Assembly: GCA_045580085.1 (NCBI GenBank)
Contig: JAZNND010000049.1
Location: forward strand, 1,144-65,143
Length of the DNA stretch: 64,000 bases
Direction: 5' to 3'
Origin: Eubacteriales bacterium
Lineage (GTDB): Bacteria > Bacillota > Clostridia > Oscillospirales > CAG-272
Below the pieces are notes generated by a model. The model had not been told where the DNA came from. It did not search any database and saw only the letters and a program-made list of their open reading frames with translations. Shown here one piece after another: positions 19,342-28,122 of the stretch. The translations under genes were made by a program, and so were the position numbers. Position 1 is the first letter of the stretch; each line of letters starts with the position of its first letter.

Positions 19342-20793
19342 ATGCAAATACTTTCCCCAAGCTATGAGGAAAATCTGACTTATTTCAAACACCTTCTGAA
19401 ACCGGGGCAGAATTTTGATATCATTTGCCGTGAAATGCATATCGGTGCGGAGAATGTTGCCTTCTTTTACGTTGACGGTTTCACCAAGGACGAGGTGCTT
19501 TTAAAGCTTTTTCAGTATTTCATCGGACTGAAAGAAATCGAAAAAGGGAAAAACGCCGCTTTGCATTTTGCAACCAAGCATATCCCGTATGTCGAGGTGG
19601 AGGTCGGTCGCGAAACCGAGCATCTGACAACCATGATCCTTTCGGGCGCGTGTGTGATGCTTGCTGAGAGCTTCGGCGATCAGGCGGTTGTGATGGATAC
19701 CCGTACCTATCCCGCCCGTATGACGGAAGAACCGAACGATGACCGCGTGATGCAGGGGGCGCATGACGGTTTTGTGGAGACTTTGATTTTTAATACCGCC
19801 TTAATCCGTCGCCGCTTGCGTGATCCGCGCCTTTCCATGCGCTATATCAATATGGGGGGCTCTTCACGTACCGATGTGGTTATTTGTTATATGGAGGGAA
19901 AAGCCGATGCCAAATACGTCAAATGGCTGGAAGGCAAGATTGCTTCCGTGCGCCCCGCCTCCTTGACGCTCGGTGCGCAAAGCCTTGCGGAAGCTCTTAT
20001 TCCGCGGCGATGGTTCAATCCCTTTCCTAAGATACGTTACATCGGACGCCCCGATGCCGCCGCCGCGGAGCTTGTGGAGGGGAGGGTGCTTGTTCTTTGC
20101 GACACCTCGCCGCAGGTGATGGTTTTGCCGACAGCCATCTTTGACTTTATGCAAGAAACAGACGATTTTTACCTACCTCCCATCACGGGATGTTATATGC
20201 GCCTTTTGCGCCATGCGATTTTCGCGCTCGCGCTTTTCTTTATTCCCACTTGGTATATGCTTCTCGGTTATCCCGATGTTCTCCCCGATTTTTTAGCCCC
20301 CCTCGTGCCCAAAAACGCGGGTATGTTGCCGCTTCTTTTACAGCTCTATCTTGCCGAGTTTGCCGTAGACGGGTTAAAGCTTGCCTCAATGAATACCCCC
20401 GATATGCTGACCAATTCTTTGAGCGTGATCGGCGGTCTTATTCTCGGAGAATTTGCCGTGGAGATCGGCTGGCTTTCCCCCGATGTCATTTTCTATATTG
20501 CGTTGGTCGCCATTGCCGGCTTTTCGCAACAGAATCACGAGCTCGGGTACGCCTTTAAGTTCTTGCGCATGATTTGGCTTGCTGTAACAGCCGTGTTCGG
20601 CGTGTGGGGCTATCTTGCCTTTTTGCCCGTGATTCCTTTGCTTCTTGTTTGCAATCGCACCGTCAACGGCGGTCAAAGCTATCTCTATCCCCTGATTCCT
20701 TTTCATCCCCGCGCCTTTTTGCGTCTCTTCTTGCGCTTGAAAAAGAATGATGTGGAGCGTAGACCATATCCCGATAAATATGAAAAAATGTAA
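19342..20793 (+). CDS. spore germination protein, GerA/SpoVAF family (A subunit-like)
   Basis: MQILSPSYEENLTYFKHLL...FYVDGFTKDE..., DDRVMQGAHDGFVETL, and a C-terminal 4-5 TM region typical of the GerA-family A subunit. I preferred the ATG at 19342 (AAAGGA upstream) to the GTG at 19297. Confidence 0.8.
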   Translation: MQILSPSYEENLTYFKHLLKPGQNFDIICREMHIGAENVAFFYVDGFTKDEVLLKLFQYFIGLKEIEKGKNAALHFATKHIPYVEVEVGRETEHLTTMILSGACVMLAESFGDQAVVMDTRTYPARMTEEPNDDRVMQGAHDGFVETLIFNTALIRRRLRDPRLSMRYINMGGSSRTDVVICYMEGKADAKYVKWLEGKIASVRPASLTLGAQSLAEALIPRRWFNPFPKIRYIGRPDAAAAELVEGRVLVLCDTSPQVMVLPTAIFDFMQETDDFYLPPITGCYMRLLRHAIFALALFFIPTWYMLLGYPDVLPDFLAPLVPKNAGMLPLLLQLYLAEFAVDGLKLASMNTPDMLTNSLSVIGGLILGEFAVEIGWLSPDVIFYIALVAIAGFSQQNHELGYAFKFLRMIWLAVTAVFGVWGYLAFLPVIPLLLVCNRTVNGGQSYLYPLIPFHPRAFLRLFLRLKKNDVERRPYPDKYEKM

Positions 20794-20806
20794 ACTTTAG
20801 TATGAA

Positions 20807-20840
20807 GGGGCTGCTTCACGACAAGCGAAGCAGCCCCTTT
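20807..20840 (+). terminator. rho-independent terminator
   Basis: ggggctgcttc (20807-20817) pairs perfectly with gaagcagcccc (20827-20837) and is followed by TTTGATT. Confidence 0.7.
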
Positions 20841-20970
20841 GATTGTAAACCAAAAATTCAAAAGATGACTTGAAGCCATCAAAGGAAACCGAGTAGGAAA
20901 GGTTTCGTGTTTTCAGTTTCATATGAATAAAAATCTTTTCTGTGACGCATTTTACGGTGCGACGGTTTTA

Positions 20971-22143
20971 TCATTTTAAATAAGTCGCCATGGAATCACC
21001 GCCGTCCAAAACAGCCATGATCATATAAAGTCTCGGAATATGGAAGGGACCTTTGAAAATATTGCCCTTCAGCGTGGTCGAGGGGGTATTGTCGTAGTGC
21101 AAATAACCGTACCATTCTCCGTATGTCTCGTCGAGAAAGAAACGGCGGCAATACGCTTCGGTGTCTTGATAAAGTTTTTGATATTTTTCTTCGCGGAACA
21201 GTGTGTAAGCCAGGCGTGCGGCGATCATGGTCTCACATTGCGGCCACCACAGCTTCATATCCCATTCCAGTTGCACCGGCGGTTTTCCCGAAACATCGGT
21301 GAATGCAATGATACCGCCGTTTTTTTGATCCCATCCGAGGGGAAGAGTCAGATCAATGATCTTTTTACCTGCTTCTATCGCCTCTCGGTTGTCGGTGAGC
21401 AAGCCTTCCGCCATCACAAACCAAGCTGCTTCCATGGAGTGACCGGGATTGACAATTCTGCCTGTCGGGCTGTCCACCCTCTTGCCATCGGTTGAGACGC
21501 TCTCAAAAAGTGCCTCATCCGTTAAAAAGCCGCCGTAAAGAATTTCATCTAAGCACTCTTTGGCAATAGCGGCATAGCGATCGGCTTTTTCGGAATCGAT
21601 CGCGCGCATGGTTTGCGCGGTTGAAAGCATGATCATCACGGGCGAAAGAGCTTTGAGCGCACGGGTTTCGCTGTTGAATTTGGGTGCGGTGGGGCGTGCG
21701 CCGGTGAAGCAATCGTAGGCAATATCAAAATATTTGCGAGCCGCTGTCAGCGCCGCGACCTCTCCGCCGGCACGGTAGTATTCGGCGCAACCGATGGCGG
21801 CGAAGGTTTCGGAAAAGTAATATCTTCTTTTTTGGATCCCCCTGCCGTCGGCGGTAACGGTGAAATACATTCTGCCGTCGCTGTCCTCGCATTTCGGCAA
21901 AAAGGAAAAAAGGCTTTTTGCCGCGTCGAGATAGCGGGGATTCTTTTCAATGAGGTTATATGCTTTGGCAAAGGTCCAGAGTGCGCGCCCTTGAAACCAA
22001 ACGCTTTTTTCGTCTCCGTATCTCTCCCCTGTCTCATCCAAGCAGGTAAAGATTCCGCCGTTTTCGGTATCCATGGCATGGGTAAGCCAAAACGGTAAAA
22101 TGTTTTCCGTAAGTTCTTTTCTGTAATTCATATTTATAGCCAT
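20971..22143 (-). CDS. N-acylglucosamine 2-epimerase (AGE) family epimerase/isomerase
   Basis: 390 aa. ILPFWLTHAMDTENGGIFTCLDETG...WFQGRALWTFAKAY and repeated (alpha/alpha)6 barrel segments are typical of AGE/RENBP-like enzymes. Confidence 0.8.
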   Translation of the reverse strand: MAINMNYRKELTENILPFWLTHAMDTENGGIFTCLDETGERYGDEKSVWFQGRALWTFAKAYNLIEKNPRYLDAAKSLFSFLPKCEDSDGRMYFTVTADGRGIQKRRYYFSETFAAIGCAEYYRAGGEVAALTAARKYFDIAYDCFTGARPTAPKFNSETRALKALSPVMIMLSTAQTMRAIDSEKADRYAAIAKECLDEILYGGFLTDEALFESVSTDGKRVDSPTGRIVNPGHSMEAAWFVMAEGLLTDNREAIEAGKKIIDLTLPLGWDQKNGGIIAFTDVSGKPPVQLEWDMKLWWPQCETMIAARLAYTLFREEKYQKLYQDTEAYCRRFFLDETYGEWYGYLHYDNTPSTTLKGNIFKGPFHIPRLYMIMAVLDGGDSMATYLK

Positions 22144-22208
22144 TCCTTTCTGTGAGAGGTTGCTTCAAATACGGTGGGGCTTGTCTTTTTGAAAAAAGGT
22201 TGAAGATA

Positions 22209-22237
22209 TTGACAAGAGTTGTTCTCTCGTTTATAAT
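22209..22237 (+). promoter_or_regulatory. sigma-A type promoter (TTGACA-17-TATAAT)
   Basis: TTGACAagagttgttctctcgttTATAAT has perfect hexamers. It lies inside the GTG-extended ORF-track model, which argues for the ATG at 22311 as the true start. Confidence 0.7.
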
Positions 22238-22310
22238 TGTAGTGTATTTATCTTTCGATATCTATAAAAATTTTGGCAAAAAATATCACTGTATTGACAT
22301 TGAGGGCAAA

Positions 22311-23165
22311 ATGTTTAGAGATGAGTTCAAAGAACGCTATACCACCATTCCCTTTGCCATCCATCGAACCTGCTTCGAAACACCTATGCAAGAGATCCTT
22401 TCCCATCAGCATAGGGAAATTGAGTTGATTGCCATGGAGGAGGGATGCGCGGATTTTTACATCGACTCCGAGCTTTATAAGGCGAAAGCGGGAGACGTTT
22501 TACTCATACCGCCCTATGCGATCCATCGCATTCGAATGAGTGGGGAAGCGGTTAGCTCACATTTGTGTATTTGTTTTGATTTAAAACTGCTTTGCGATGA
22601 GGATTTAAAAAACGGGCTTGAAAATTACACGCTCACTGCCCATCCTTTGCTTGAACGTTCGCATCCCGATACGGCTCTTTTGGCACGGTTGATCGAGTCG
22701 GCCTTTTCGGCGTGTGAAAAAAGCGAGGCGGGGTGGGAGCTTGCGGCGGTAGGAAGCATGTCTCTTTTCTTCGGTATATTAAAAAAGAACGCGGTTTTTA
22801 CACCGCGTTTGCAAGATAAAAAAGAAAAAGAGTTTGGGAAGAATACCATGGCGTATATCACCGAACATTTTGCCGATTCCATTACTTCACATACGGCGGC
22901 AAAAGCTTTTTTCATGAATCACAGCTATTTCTGCCGCCTGTTTAAGAAAACATTCGGATGCTGTTTTTCGGAGTACATTCTTGCGTACCGCCTTGAAAAG
23001 GCAAAGCACTCTTTGGCAGGTACGACTCTTCCCGTTTCACAGATCGCTTCCGCCACAGGCTTTAACAGTTTCAGCTATTTCGGAAAGAAATTCAAGGAAA
23101 AATTCGGTCTGTCTCCGTTGAATTACCGAAAGAGCGCGCAGGAACTGTTGCTGAGAAAAGAATAA
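22311..23165 (+). CDS. AraC family transcriptional regulator
   Basis: Has a cupin-like N-terminus and a C-terminal AraC HTH (HSYFCRLFKKTFGCCFSEYI...GFNSFSYFGKKFKEKFGLSP). GAGGG lies 5 nt before the ATG at 22311. Confidence 0.8.
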   Translation: MFRDEFKERYTTIPFAIHRTCFETPMQEILSHQHREIELIAMEEGCADFYIDSELYKAKAGDVLLIPPYAIHRIRMSGEAVSSHLCICFDLKLLCDEDLKNGLENYTLTAHPLLERSHPDTALLARLIESAFSACEKSEAGWELAAVGSMSLFFGILKKNAVFTPRLQDKKEKEFGKNTMAYITEHFADSITSHTAAKAFFMNHSYFCRLFKKTFGCCFSEYILAYRLEKAKHSLAGTTLPVSQIASATGFNSFSYFGKKFKEKFGLSPLNYRKSAQELLLRKE

Positions 23166-23181
23166 AAAAGGGGATAGAACC

Positions 23182-24099
23182 ATGAAGATCTTTGCTCCCG
23201 AATACTATCGGGATTTTAGATGTATCGCGTCGCGCTGTCGGCATAATTGTTGTATCGGTTGGGAGATCGATATCGACCGCGCGACTATGGAAAAATACCA
23301 AGCGCAAACGGGTGCTTTCGGTAAACGCCTGCGGGAAAATATTCGGGTGAGCGAAGGTGTAGCCTCTTTCCGCTTGGATAAGGATGACCGTTGCCCTTTC
23401 TTGAATAAAGAAGGGCTTTGCGATATCATTCTTCATAGCGGAGAGGATTCGCTTTCGGAGATTTGTGCCTTACATCCCCGTTACCGCCATTTCTTTTCCG
23501 ATCGAGTTGAGATTGGGCTTGGCATCGCTTGCGAGGAGGCATGCCGCTTGCTTTTGCAGCATAAAGAACCGCTTTCTCTCGTTTTAATCGGGGAAGACGG
23601 CGAGAGGGAAGTACCGTGTGATGCTTGGGAGAAAGAAATCCTTGCGCAACGGGAAGATTTGCTTCGCATGGCACAAGATCGCAGTATGGCTCTTTCTTCG
23701 CGTATGCGGGCAATTTTAAAGACTTGCGGTGTTTCTCTTTTTGCTCGAAGCTATGCCGAATGGGCGGATTTTTATCGCTCGCTTGAAAGGCTTGACGGCG
23801 CATGGGATACCTGCCTTGACCGTTTGGCAAACGGGATAGACCTGCCCGACGGCTTTAACGAATGCGAAGGCGAACAGCTTTTGTCCTATTTCCTTTTGCG
23901 CCATATTCCGGACGCTTTTGATGCGGAGGATCTTGCTTGCCGAGCCGCATTTGCCGTGCACGCCTGTTCCGTGATTCTTGCTTTGGCTTATGTCGGCGTT
24001 TTTGACATGGCAGAGGTCGCGCGCCTTTATTCCTCCGAAATTGAATATTCCGAGGAAAACACCGAAGCAATTTTGGATGAAATATCTCGGTTTATGTAA
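23182..24099 (+). CDS. Cys-rich FliB-family protein (family annotated as flagellin lysine-N-methylase)
   Basis: The N-terminus FRCIASRCRHNCCIGWEIDIDRATMEKY plus DDRCPFLNKEGLCDI resembles the Cys-cluster signature I recall for FliB/YkgJ-like proteins. I assign the family from memory of the motif only. Confidence 0.5.
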   Translation: MKIFAPEYYRDFRCIASRCRHNCCIGWEIDIDRATMEKYQAQTGAFGKRLRENIRVSEGVASFRLDKDDRCPFLNKEGLCDIILHSGEDSLSEICALHPRYRHFFSDRVEIGLGIACEEACRLLLQHKEPLSLVLIGEDGEREVPCDAWEKEILAQREDLLRMAQDRSMALSSRMRAILKTCGVSLFARSYAEWADFYRSLERLDGAWDTCLDRLANGIDLPDGFNECEGEQLLSYFLLRHIPDAFDAEDLACRAAFAVHACSVILALAYVGVFDMAEVARLYSSEIEYSEENTEAILDEISRFM

Positions 24100-24107
24100 A
24101 AAAATGT

Positions 24108-24995
24108 TTACATCGGTTCTTTTTTTCGAAAGGCGGTCGGCGTCATGCCTGTTTGCGCGTGAAAACAGGCGGCGAAGTAGCTGTAGCTTTGAAAACCGCA
24201 AGACTCGGCAATTTCTTCCAACGGTGTTTCAGTGCTTTCCAAAAGGAATTTGGCTTGCTCAATGCGCACGCGCGTCAGTTTTTCAATAAAACTTAGACCA
24301 AACGCGCGCCTGACAAGGCGCGATGCTTGTCTGGAAGAGACGCGCAACGCCAAAGCAAGATCGTCTAATGTCACTTTTTCGGGGTATTTATGCCGCAAGA
24401 ACCGTTCAATTTGGTTGCGGAAATAACTGCTGTGCCTCAGTTCCTCCGATGGAAAGACGGCGGATGTATCTATTTGGCTTAAACGGATGATGTCCGTTAA
24501 AAGAAGTCCGCACACCGCCCTGACGCAATCATAGTATCCCTGCTTTTTTTCTTTCAGTTCAAGCCGTAAGCGTTCAAGGTGCGGCTGTAAAATTCCTTCG
24601 CTGTCATGAAGCAGACGAATTTTCGATAAGAGAGAGAGCATAGCGATATGCCCTCTTTTTTCTTCCGCCCCTGCGCTTTTGGAAAGCGGTTTGAGGGAAA
24701 AGCGTAAGCTGTACCGCGCCGTTTGATCGGCGAGCGTAGAGGCGGACTGATGATGGTATTCACCGGGCTTTAAAAGCAAAAGATCTTTGGCGGTATAAGG
24801 ATAACATACTCCTTCTATTTCTTGGATGCCGTGTCCCGTGTCGGTGTAAAACAGTTCATAATCGCTGTGGTCGTGCGGAAAAGAGGCGCATGCTTGCCCT
24901 TTTAAATACAGGTTTTCATATACAAAAAAAGAAACGGATACCATTCCCACCTTGACAGGAAATTCCAAGGCGAACGGGAGTTTGTTTTCTTCCAT
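24108..24995 (-). CDS. AraC family transcriptional regulator
   Basis: 295 aa. Has a cupin-like N-terminus and the C-terminal HTH pair (LDDLALALRVSSRQASRLVRRAFGLSF ... GFQSYSYFAACFHAQTGMTP). It is divergent from the NanA-like gene. Confidence 0.85.
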   Translation of the reverse strand: MEENKLPFALEFPVKVGMVSVSFFVYENLYLKGQACASFPHDHSDYELFYTDTGHGIQEIEGVCYPYTAKDLLLLKPGEYHHQSASTLADQTARYSLRFSLKPLSKSAGAEEKRGHIAMLSLLSKIRLLHDSEGILQPHLERLRLELKEKKQGYYDCVRAVCGLLLTDIIRLSQIDTSAVFPSEELRHSSYFRNQIERFLRHKYPEKVTLDDLALALRVSSRQASRLVRRAFGLSFIEKLTRVRIEQAKFLLESTETPLEEIAESCGFQSYSYFAACFHAQTGMTPTAFRKKEPM

Positions 24996-25113
24996 GCCGA
25001 ACCCTTCTTTCGCATTTTTTTCTATTTTATACCTTTTTTCTCATAAATGCAATAGCGAAAGCCATAATTTAAATATTAGGACACATTTTGAACAAAGAGG
25101 TCGTTTTTTTATA

Positions 25114-25142
25114 TTTACTTTTTCTTCTTTCGATGATACAAT
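25114..25142 (+). promoter_or_regulatory. candidate promoter (TTTACT-17-TACAAT)
   Basis: TTTACTttttcttctttcgatgaTACAAT lies about 40 nt upstream of the NanA-like start. Confidence 0.4.
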
Positions 25143-25178
25143 GCAAGAAGAAAAACAAAACCGAAAGGAATACACATT

Positions 25179-26054
25179 ATGAAATTTACCGGAGTTATGC
25201 CCGCCATCATTACCCCTATCAATAAGGAAGGAAAGCTCAATGTCACCGCGCTTGAAAAGCTCGTTAACGACTTGATCGCGCAAGGTGCCGACGGTTTCTA
25301 TGTTTGCGGTGCTACAGGTGAGGGACTTACCATCAATAAAGATTTGCACAAAGCAATGACGCGTGAGACCATTCGCATCGTCGGCGGCAGAGTGCCGAAC
25401 ATCGTGCATGTTGCCAGAATGAATTTCGATGAGATGATCGAGCTTGCCAAGTATGCGGAAGCAGAGGGTGCCGATGCCATTTCCGCCGTTCCTCCGCTGT
25501 TCTACAAATACAGCGATGACGGTATCTATGATTACTACAAAGCCCTTTGCGATTCTGTCAAGATTCCCGTTGTCATCTATAACAACCCCAACACCGGCGT
25601 TTCCTTTGGCGCGGATCTTTTGGAGCGTTTGTTCTCCATTCCCAACCTTACCTCCATTAAATGGACCAACTATGATTTCTTTTCCGTTCTTCAGCTCAAA
25701 GCGCGCGTACCCGACGCAAACGTCATCAACGGCCCCGATGAAATGGTTGCCATGGGCCTTATGGCAGGGTGCGACGCTTGCATCGGTACCACCTACAACT
25801 TCCAGCTTCCCCTCATCAAGTCCATCTACGACGCATTCCGCGCCGGCAAGATCGACGAGGCAAGAGCCCTTCAAACCAAAGCGGATAAAATTATCGCCGC
25901 GCTCTGCTCGAAAAACGTTATCATGGGCACCAAGGCAGTCCTTGCACGTATGGGCTATGATGTAAACTATGCGGTGTTCCCCATGCATCTGATTGAGGGA
26001 GACGAGGAAGAGGCGTACATTCAAAATCTCCGCAAGGCAGGCCTTGAGATCTGA
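25179..26054 (+). CDS. nanA: N-acetylneuraminate lyase-like DapA/DHDPS-family aldolase
   Basis: 291 aa. The DHDPS-family fold signature is present (GVMPAIITPI, CGATGEG, IPVVIYNNP). The NanA assignment rests on context (AGE epimerase nearby) and is not proven. Confidence 0.65.
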   Translation: MKFTGVMPAIITPINKEGKLNVTALEKLVNDLIAQGADGFYVCGATGEGLTINKDLHKAMTRETIRIVGGRVPNIVHVARMNFDEMIELAKYAEAEGADAISAVPPLFYKYSDDGIYDYYKALCDSVKIPVVIYNNPNTGVSFGADLLERLFSIPNLTSIKWTNYDFFSVLQLKARVPDANVINGPDEMVAMGLMAGCDACIGTTYNFQLPLIKSIYDAFRAGKIDEARALQTKADKIIAALCSKNVIMGTKAVLARMGYDVNYAVFPMHLIEGDEEEAYIQNLRKAGLEI

Positions 26055-26956
26055 TGCAATATTACCTTCTTTTGGCACTCAGTTGCCTTTTCGGCGGTGT
26101 GCGCCTCGGGTTCAATAAGCTCTATGTCAACAAGTACGGCTCAACGCTGAAAAGTGCCCTTTGGTTTCTCTTTCTTTGCTGCGGTGCCTTCTTTGTGATG
26201 ATGCTTTGTATTCAAAGAACGCTTGCTTTCTCCGTCTTTTCGGTGATACTCGCGCTCATCTTCGCCGTAATCAATGTCGGATGCACCCTCTTCGGGTTTG
26301 CTACGCTTGCCATCGGAAACGTTGCGACCTATAACCTGGTGCTCATGCTCGGCGGTATGCTTGTGCCCTTCCTTTACGGTGTTACCTTAGGCGGCGAACC
26401 TGTCACCCTCCCCAAGGCTATTTGTATGTTGCTCATCACCGCCGCCCTCGTGGTTGGCATGGAGCGTAAAGCGGGCGAAAAGTCCTCGAAAAAAGCATGG
26501 ATTTATTACGGATTGCTCTTTACCCTTAACGGCTTGGCTTGCATCGTGCTCAGCATTCACCAAACGCTACCTACGCCCTTTGGAGCTACCGCGGTAGATA
26601 CTACCTCCTTTACCATGCTTTACATGATCTTCACCTCGCTTTTGGCACTTTGTGCCTTTGTGGTGATTCGCTTGAAGAACGGCAAAGAGAAAACCGCGGT
26701 CAAAAGAGGCCCCGATATCGCCCTTTCGGCAGGATACGGCCTCTTTTACGGGCTCGCCAATCTCATAAGTGCTTTCTGCTTGCTTCATATCGAAACCTCC
26801 GCCCAGTTTCCCATTCTCACCGGCGGAAGCGTTATCATAGCGGGTGTGGTCGGTCTTTTCTTCAAAGAAAAAATCACGCCGCGCTTCTTAATCGCCGCCT
26901 CCCTCGTGATGGTCGGCACACTCCTTCTTCTCCCTTGGGGTGAAATTTTTGCATAA
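26054..26956 (+). CDS. DMT/EamA-like 10-TM permease, translationally coupled to the NanA-like gene
   Basis: The ATG overlaps the nanA TGA by 1 nt (ctgATGc). The 300-aa polytopic protein is a paralog-like match to the 5268..6164 product. Confidence 0.55.
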   Translation: MQYYLLLALSCLFGGVRLGFNKLYVNKYGSTLKSALWFLFLCCGAFFVMMLCIQRTLAFSVFSVILALIFAVINVGCTLFGFATLAIGNVATYNLVLMLGGMLVPFLYGVTLGGEPVTLPKAICMLLITAALVVGMERKAGEKSSKKAWIYYGLLFTLNGLACIVLSIHQTLPTPFGATAVDTTSFTMLYMIFTSLLALCAFVVIRLKNGKEKTAVKRGPDIALSAGYGLFYGLANLISAFCLLHIETSAQFPILTGGSVIIAGVVGLFFKEKITPRFLIAASLVMVGTLLLLPWGEIFA

Positions 26957-26964
26957 ATAAAAAA

Positions 26965-27012
26965 GAAGCTATTTCAACGCCATTGATTTGCGTTTGAAGT
27001 AGCTTTTTTTAT
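26965..27012 (+). terminator. rho-independent terminator
   Basis: gaagctatttcaacgc pairs with gcgtttgaagtagctt (one bulge, one wobble) and is followed by TTTTTTT. Confidence 0.65.
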
Positions 27013-27037
27013 TTTATTATTACATTTGTGGTACACT
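27009..27037 (+). promoter_or_regulatory. weak candidate promoter for recombinase gene (TTATTT-17-TACACT with TGn)
   Basis: An extended -10 (TGgTACACT) is present, but the -35 is poor. Confidence 0.3.
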
Positions 27038-27076
27038 AAAGAACAAACAAGGCTAAAAAAGAAAGGATTTGTTTTT

Positions 27077-27916
27077 ATGTATACCGTTTCAAATGAGATG
27101 ATTTTATCGTTTAAGCAATGTCTGCTTGAAAATGAACGTGCCACAGCTACTGTGGATAAATATTTGCGAGATGTCAACACTTTCGTGATATGGCTTGCGG
27201 GAAGGCTGCTTCATAAATCACTTGTGCTTGATTATAAAAAGTATTTAAGCGAACGCTATGCCGTTCGGAGCGTTAATAGTATACTATCGTCTTTGAACGC
27301 CTTCTTTTCATTTCTTAACCGGAATGAGCTTCGCGTGAAGACGCTGAAAGTGCAACGTGAAATTTTTTCGTCTTCCGATAAAGAACTAAGCAAAACAGAA
27401 TATGAACGTTTGCTTTCTGCCGCTAAATCCAAGAAAAATGAGCGCCTCTATCTTTTGATTCAAACAATTTGCGCTACAGGTATTCGTATTTCCGAGCTTC
27501 GCTTTATCACTTGCGAAGCAATCGCAAACGGTTATGCCGATGTTAATAATAAAGGAAAACGCCGCCGCGTTTTTATACCGCGTATGCTGTGCAAAATGCT
27601 TGCGGTATATGTCAAAGATCAGAAAATAAAAAAAGGTTCCGTCTTCGTCACTAAAAACGGAAAACCGCTTGATCGTTCCAACGTTTGGAGCGATATGAAA
27701 AAGCTTGCCAAGAGTGCACATGTTTCCGCAAGTAAGGTTTTTCCCCATAATCTTCGGCATCTTTTTGCGCGCACCTACTATTCTGTTCAAAAAGATATCG
27801 TTCGCCTCGCTGATTTGCTCGGGCACACAAGCATCAACACAACACGCATCTACACAGTTGAAAGCGGTGAAATTCATCGTCGCCATATCGAACGCCTTGG
27901 CCTTTTGCGATGTTAA
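27077..27916 (+). CDS. site-specific tyrosine recombinase (XerC/D / phage-integrase family)
   Basis: 279 aa from the ATG at 27077 (GAAAGGA upstream). Has an N-terminal SAM-like core-binding domain and a catalytic set ATGIRISEL (R), NKGKRRRV (K), HNLRHLFA (HxxR), LLGHTSINTT (H) and RIYT (Y). Confidence 0.9.
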   Translation: MYTVSNEMILSFKQCLLENERATATVDKYLRDVNTFVIWLAGRLLHKSLVLDYKKYLSERYAVRSVNSILSSLNAFFSFLNRNELRVKTLKVQREIFSSSDKELSKTEYERLLSAAKSKKNERLYLLIQTICATGIRISELRFITCEAIANGYADVNNKGKRRRVFIPRMLCKMLAVYVKDQKIKKGSVFVTKNGKPLDRSNVWSDMKKLAKSAHVSASKVFPHNLRHLFARTYYSVQKDIVRLADLLGHTSINTTRIYTVESGEIHRRHIERLGLLRC

Positions 27917-27940
27917 CCACATAATAGTGATTATGTGGTA
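27916..27940. repeat. left inverted repeat (IRL) of candidate invertible switch; lox/dif-like core site
   Basis: ACCACATAATAGTGATTATGTGGTA. It starts on the last base of the recombinase stop codon. It is internally palindromic except for the central AGTG. Confidence 0.85.
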
Positions 27941-27971
27941 GAATGTTCGAAAATTAAAATAATATGAACAA

Positions 27972-28000
27972 ATTATAGCACTTTAGAAAAGAGAAGTCAA
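27972..28000 (-). promoter_or_regulatory. near-consensus sigma-A promoter inside the switch, currently pointing toward the recombinase gene (OFF for the giant gene)
   Basis: The minus strand reads TTGACTtctcttttctaaagtgcTATAAT. The -35 is at 28000..27995, the -10 at 27977..27972, the spacer is 17 nt, and there is a TGn extended -10. Confidence 0.75.
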
Positions 28001-28122
28001 CCTTTTTCCCTAAAAAAATCAATTAAAATTTCAAAATTTACATATTAAGCCCCCATATCTTTTTTCGCCATCAAATTTCTGGGATATTGTTTTTGTCATA
28101 AAGATATTTTTAATTTTGGCAA

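Noticed and set aside
22152-22310. GTG-initiated 53-codon extension of the AraC regulator
   Set aside because: A perfect TTGACA-17-TATAAT promoter (22209-22237) lies inside it. The ATG at 22311 has its own SD.
25041-26078. 345-aa minus-strand ORF
   Set aside because: It is antisense to the NanA-like aldolase, which has clear DHDPS-family motifs. It has no SD or promoter and shows shadow-ORF composition.
27916-27940. IRL interpreted as a simple terminator hairpin of the recombinase gene
   Set aside because: It can form a hairpin and may also terminate transcription. However, it has no U-tract. A second copy 182 bp away, with an inverted asymmetric centre and an enclosed promoter, is better explained as a recombination site pair. 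The two roles are not mutually exclusive.
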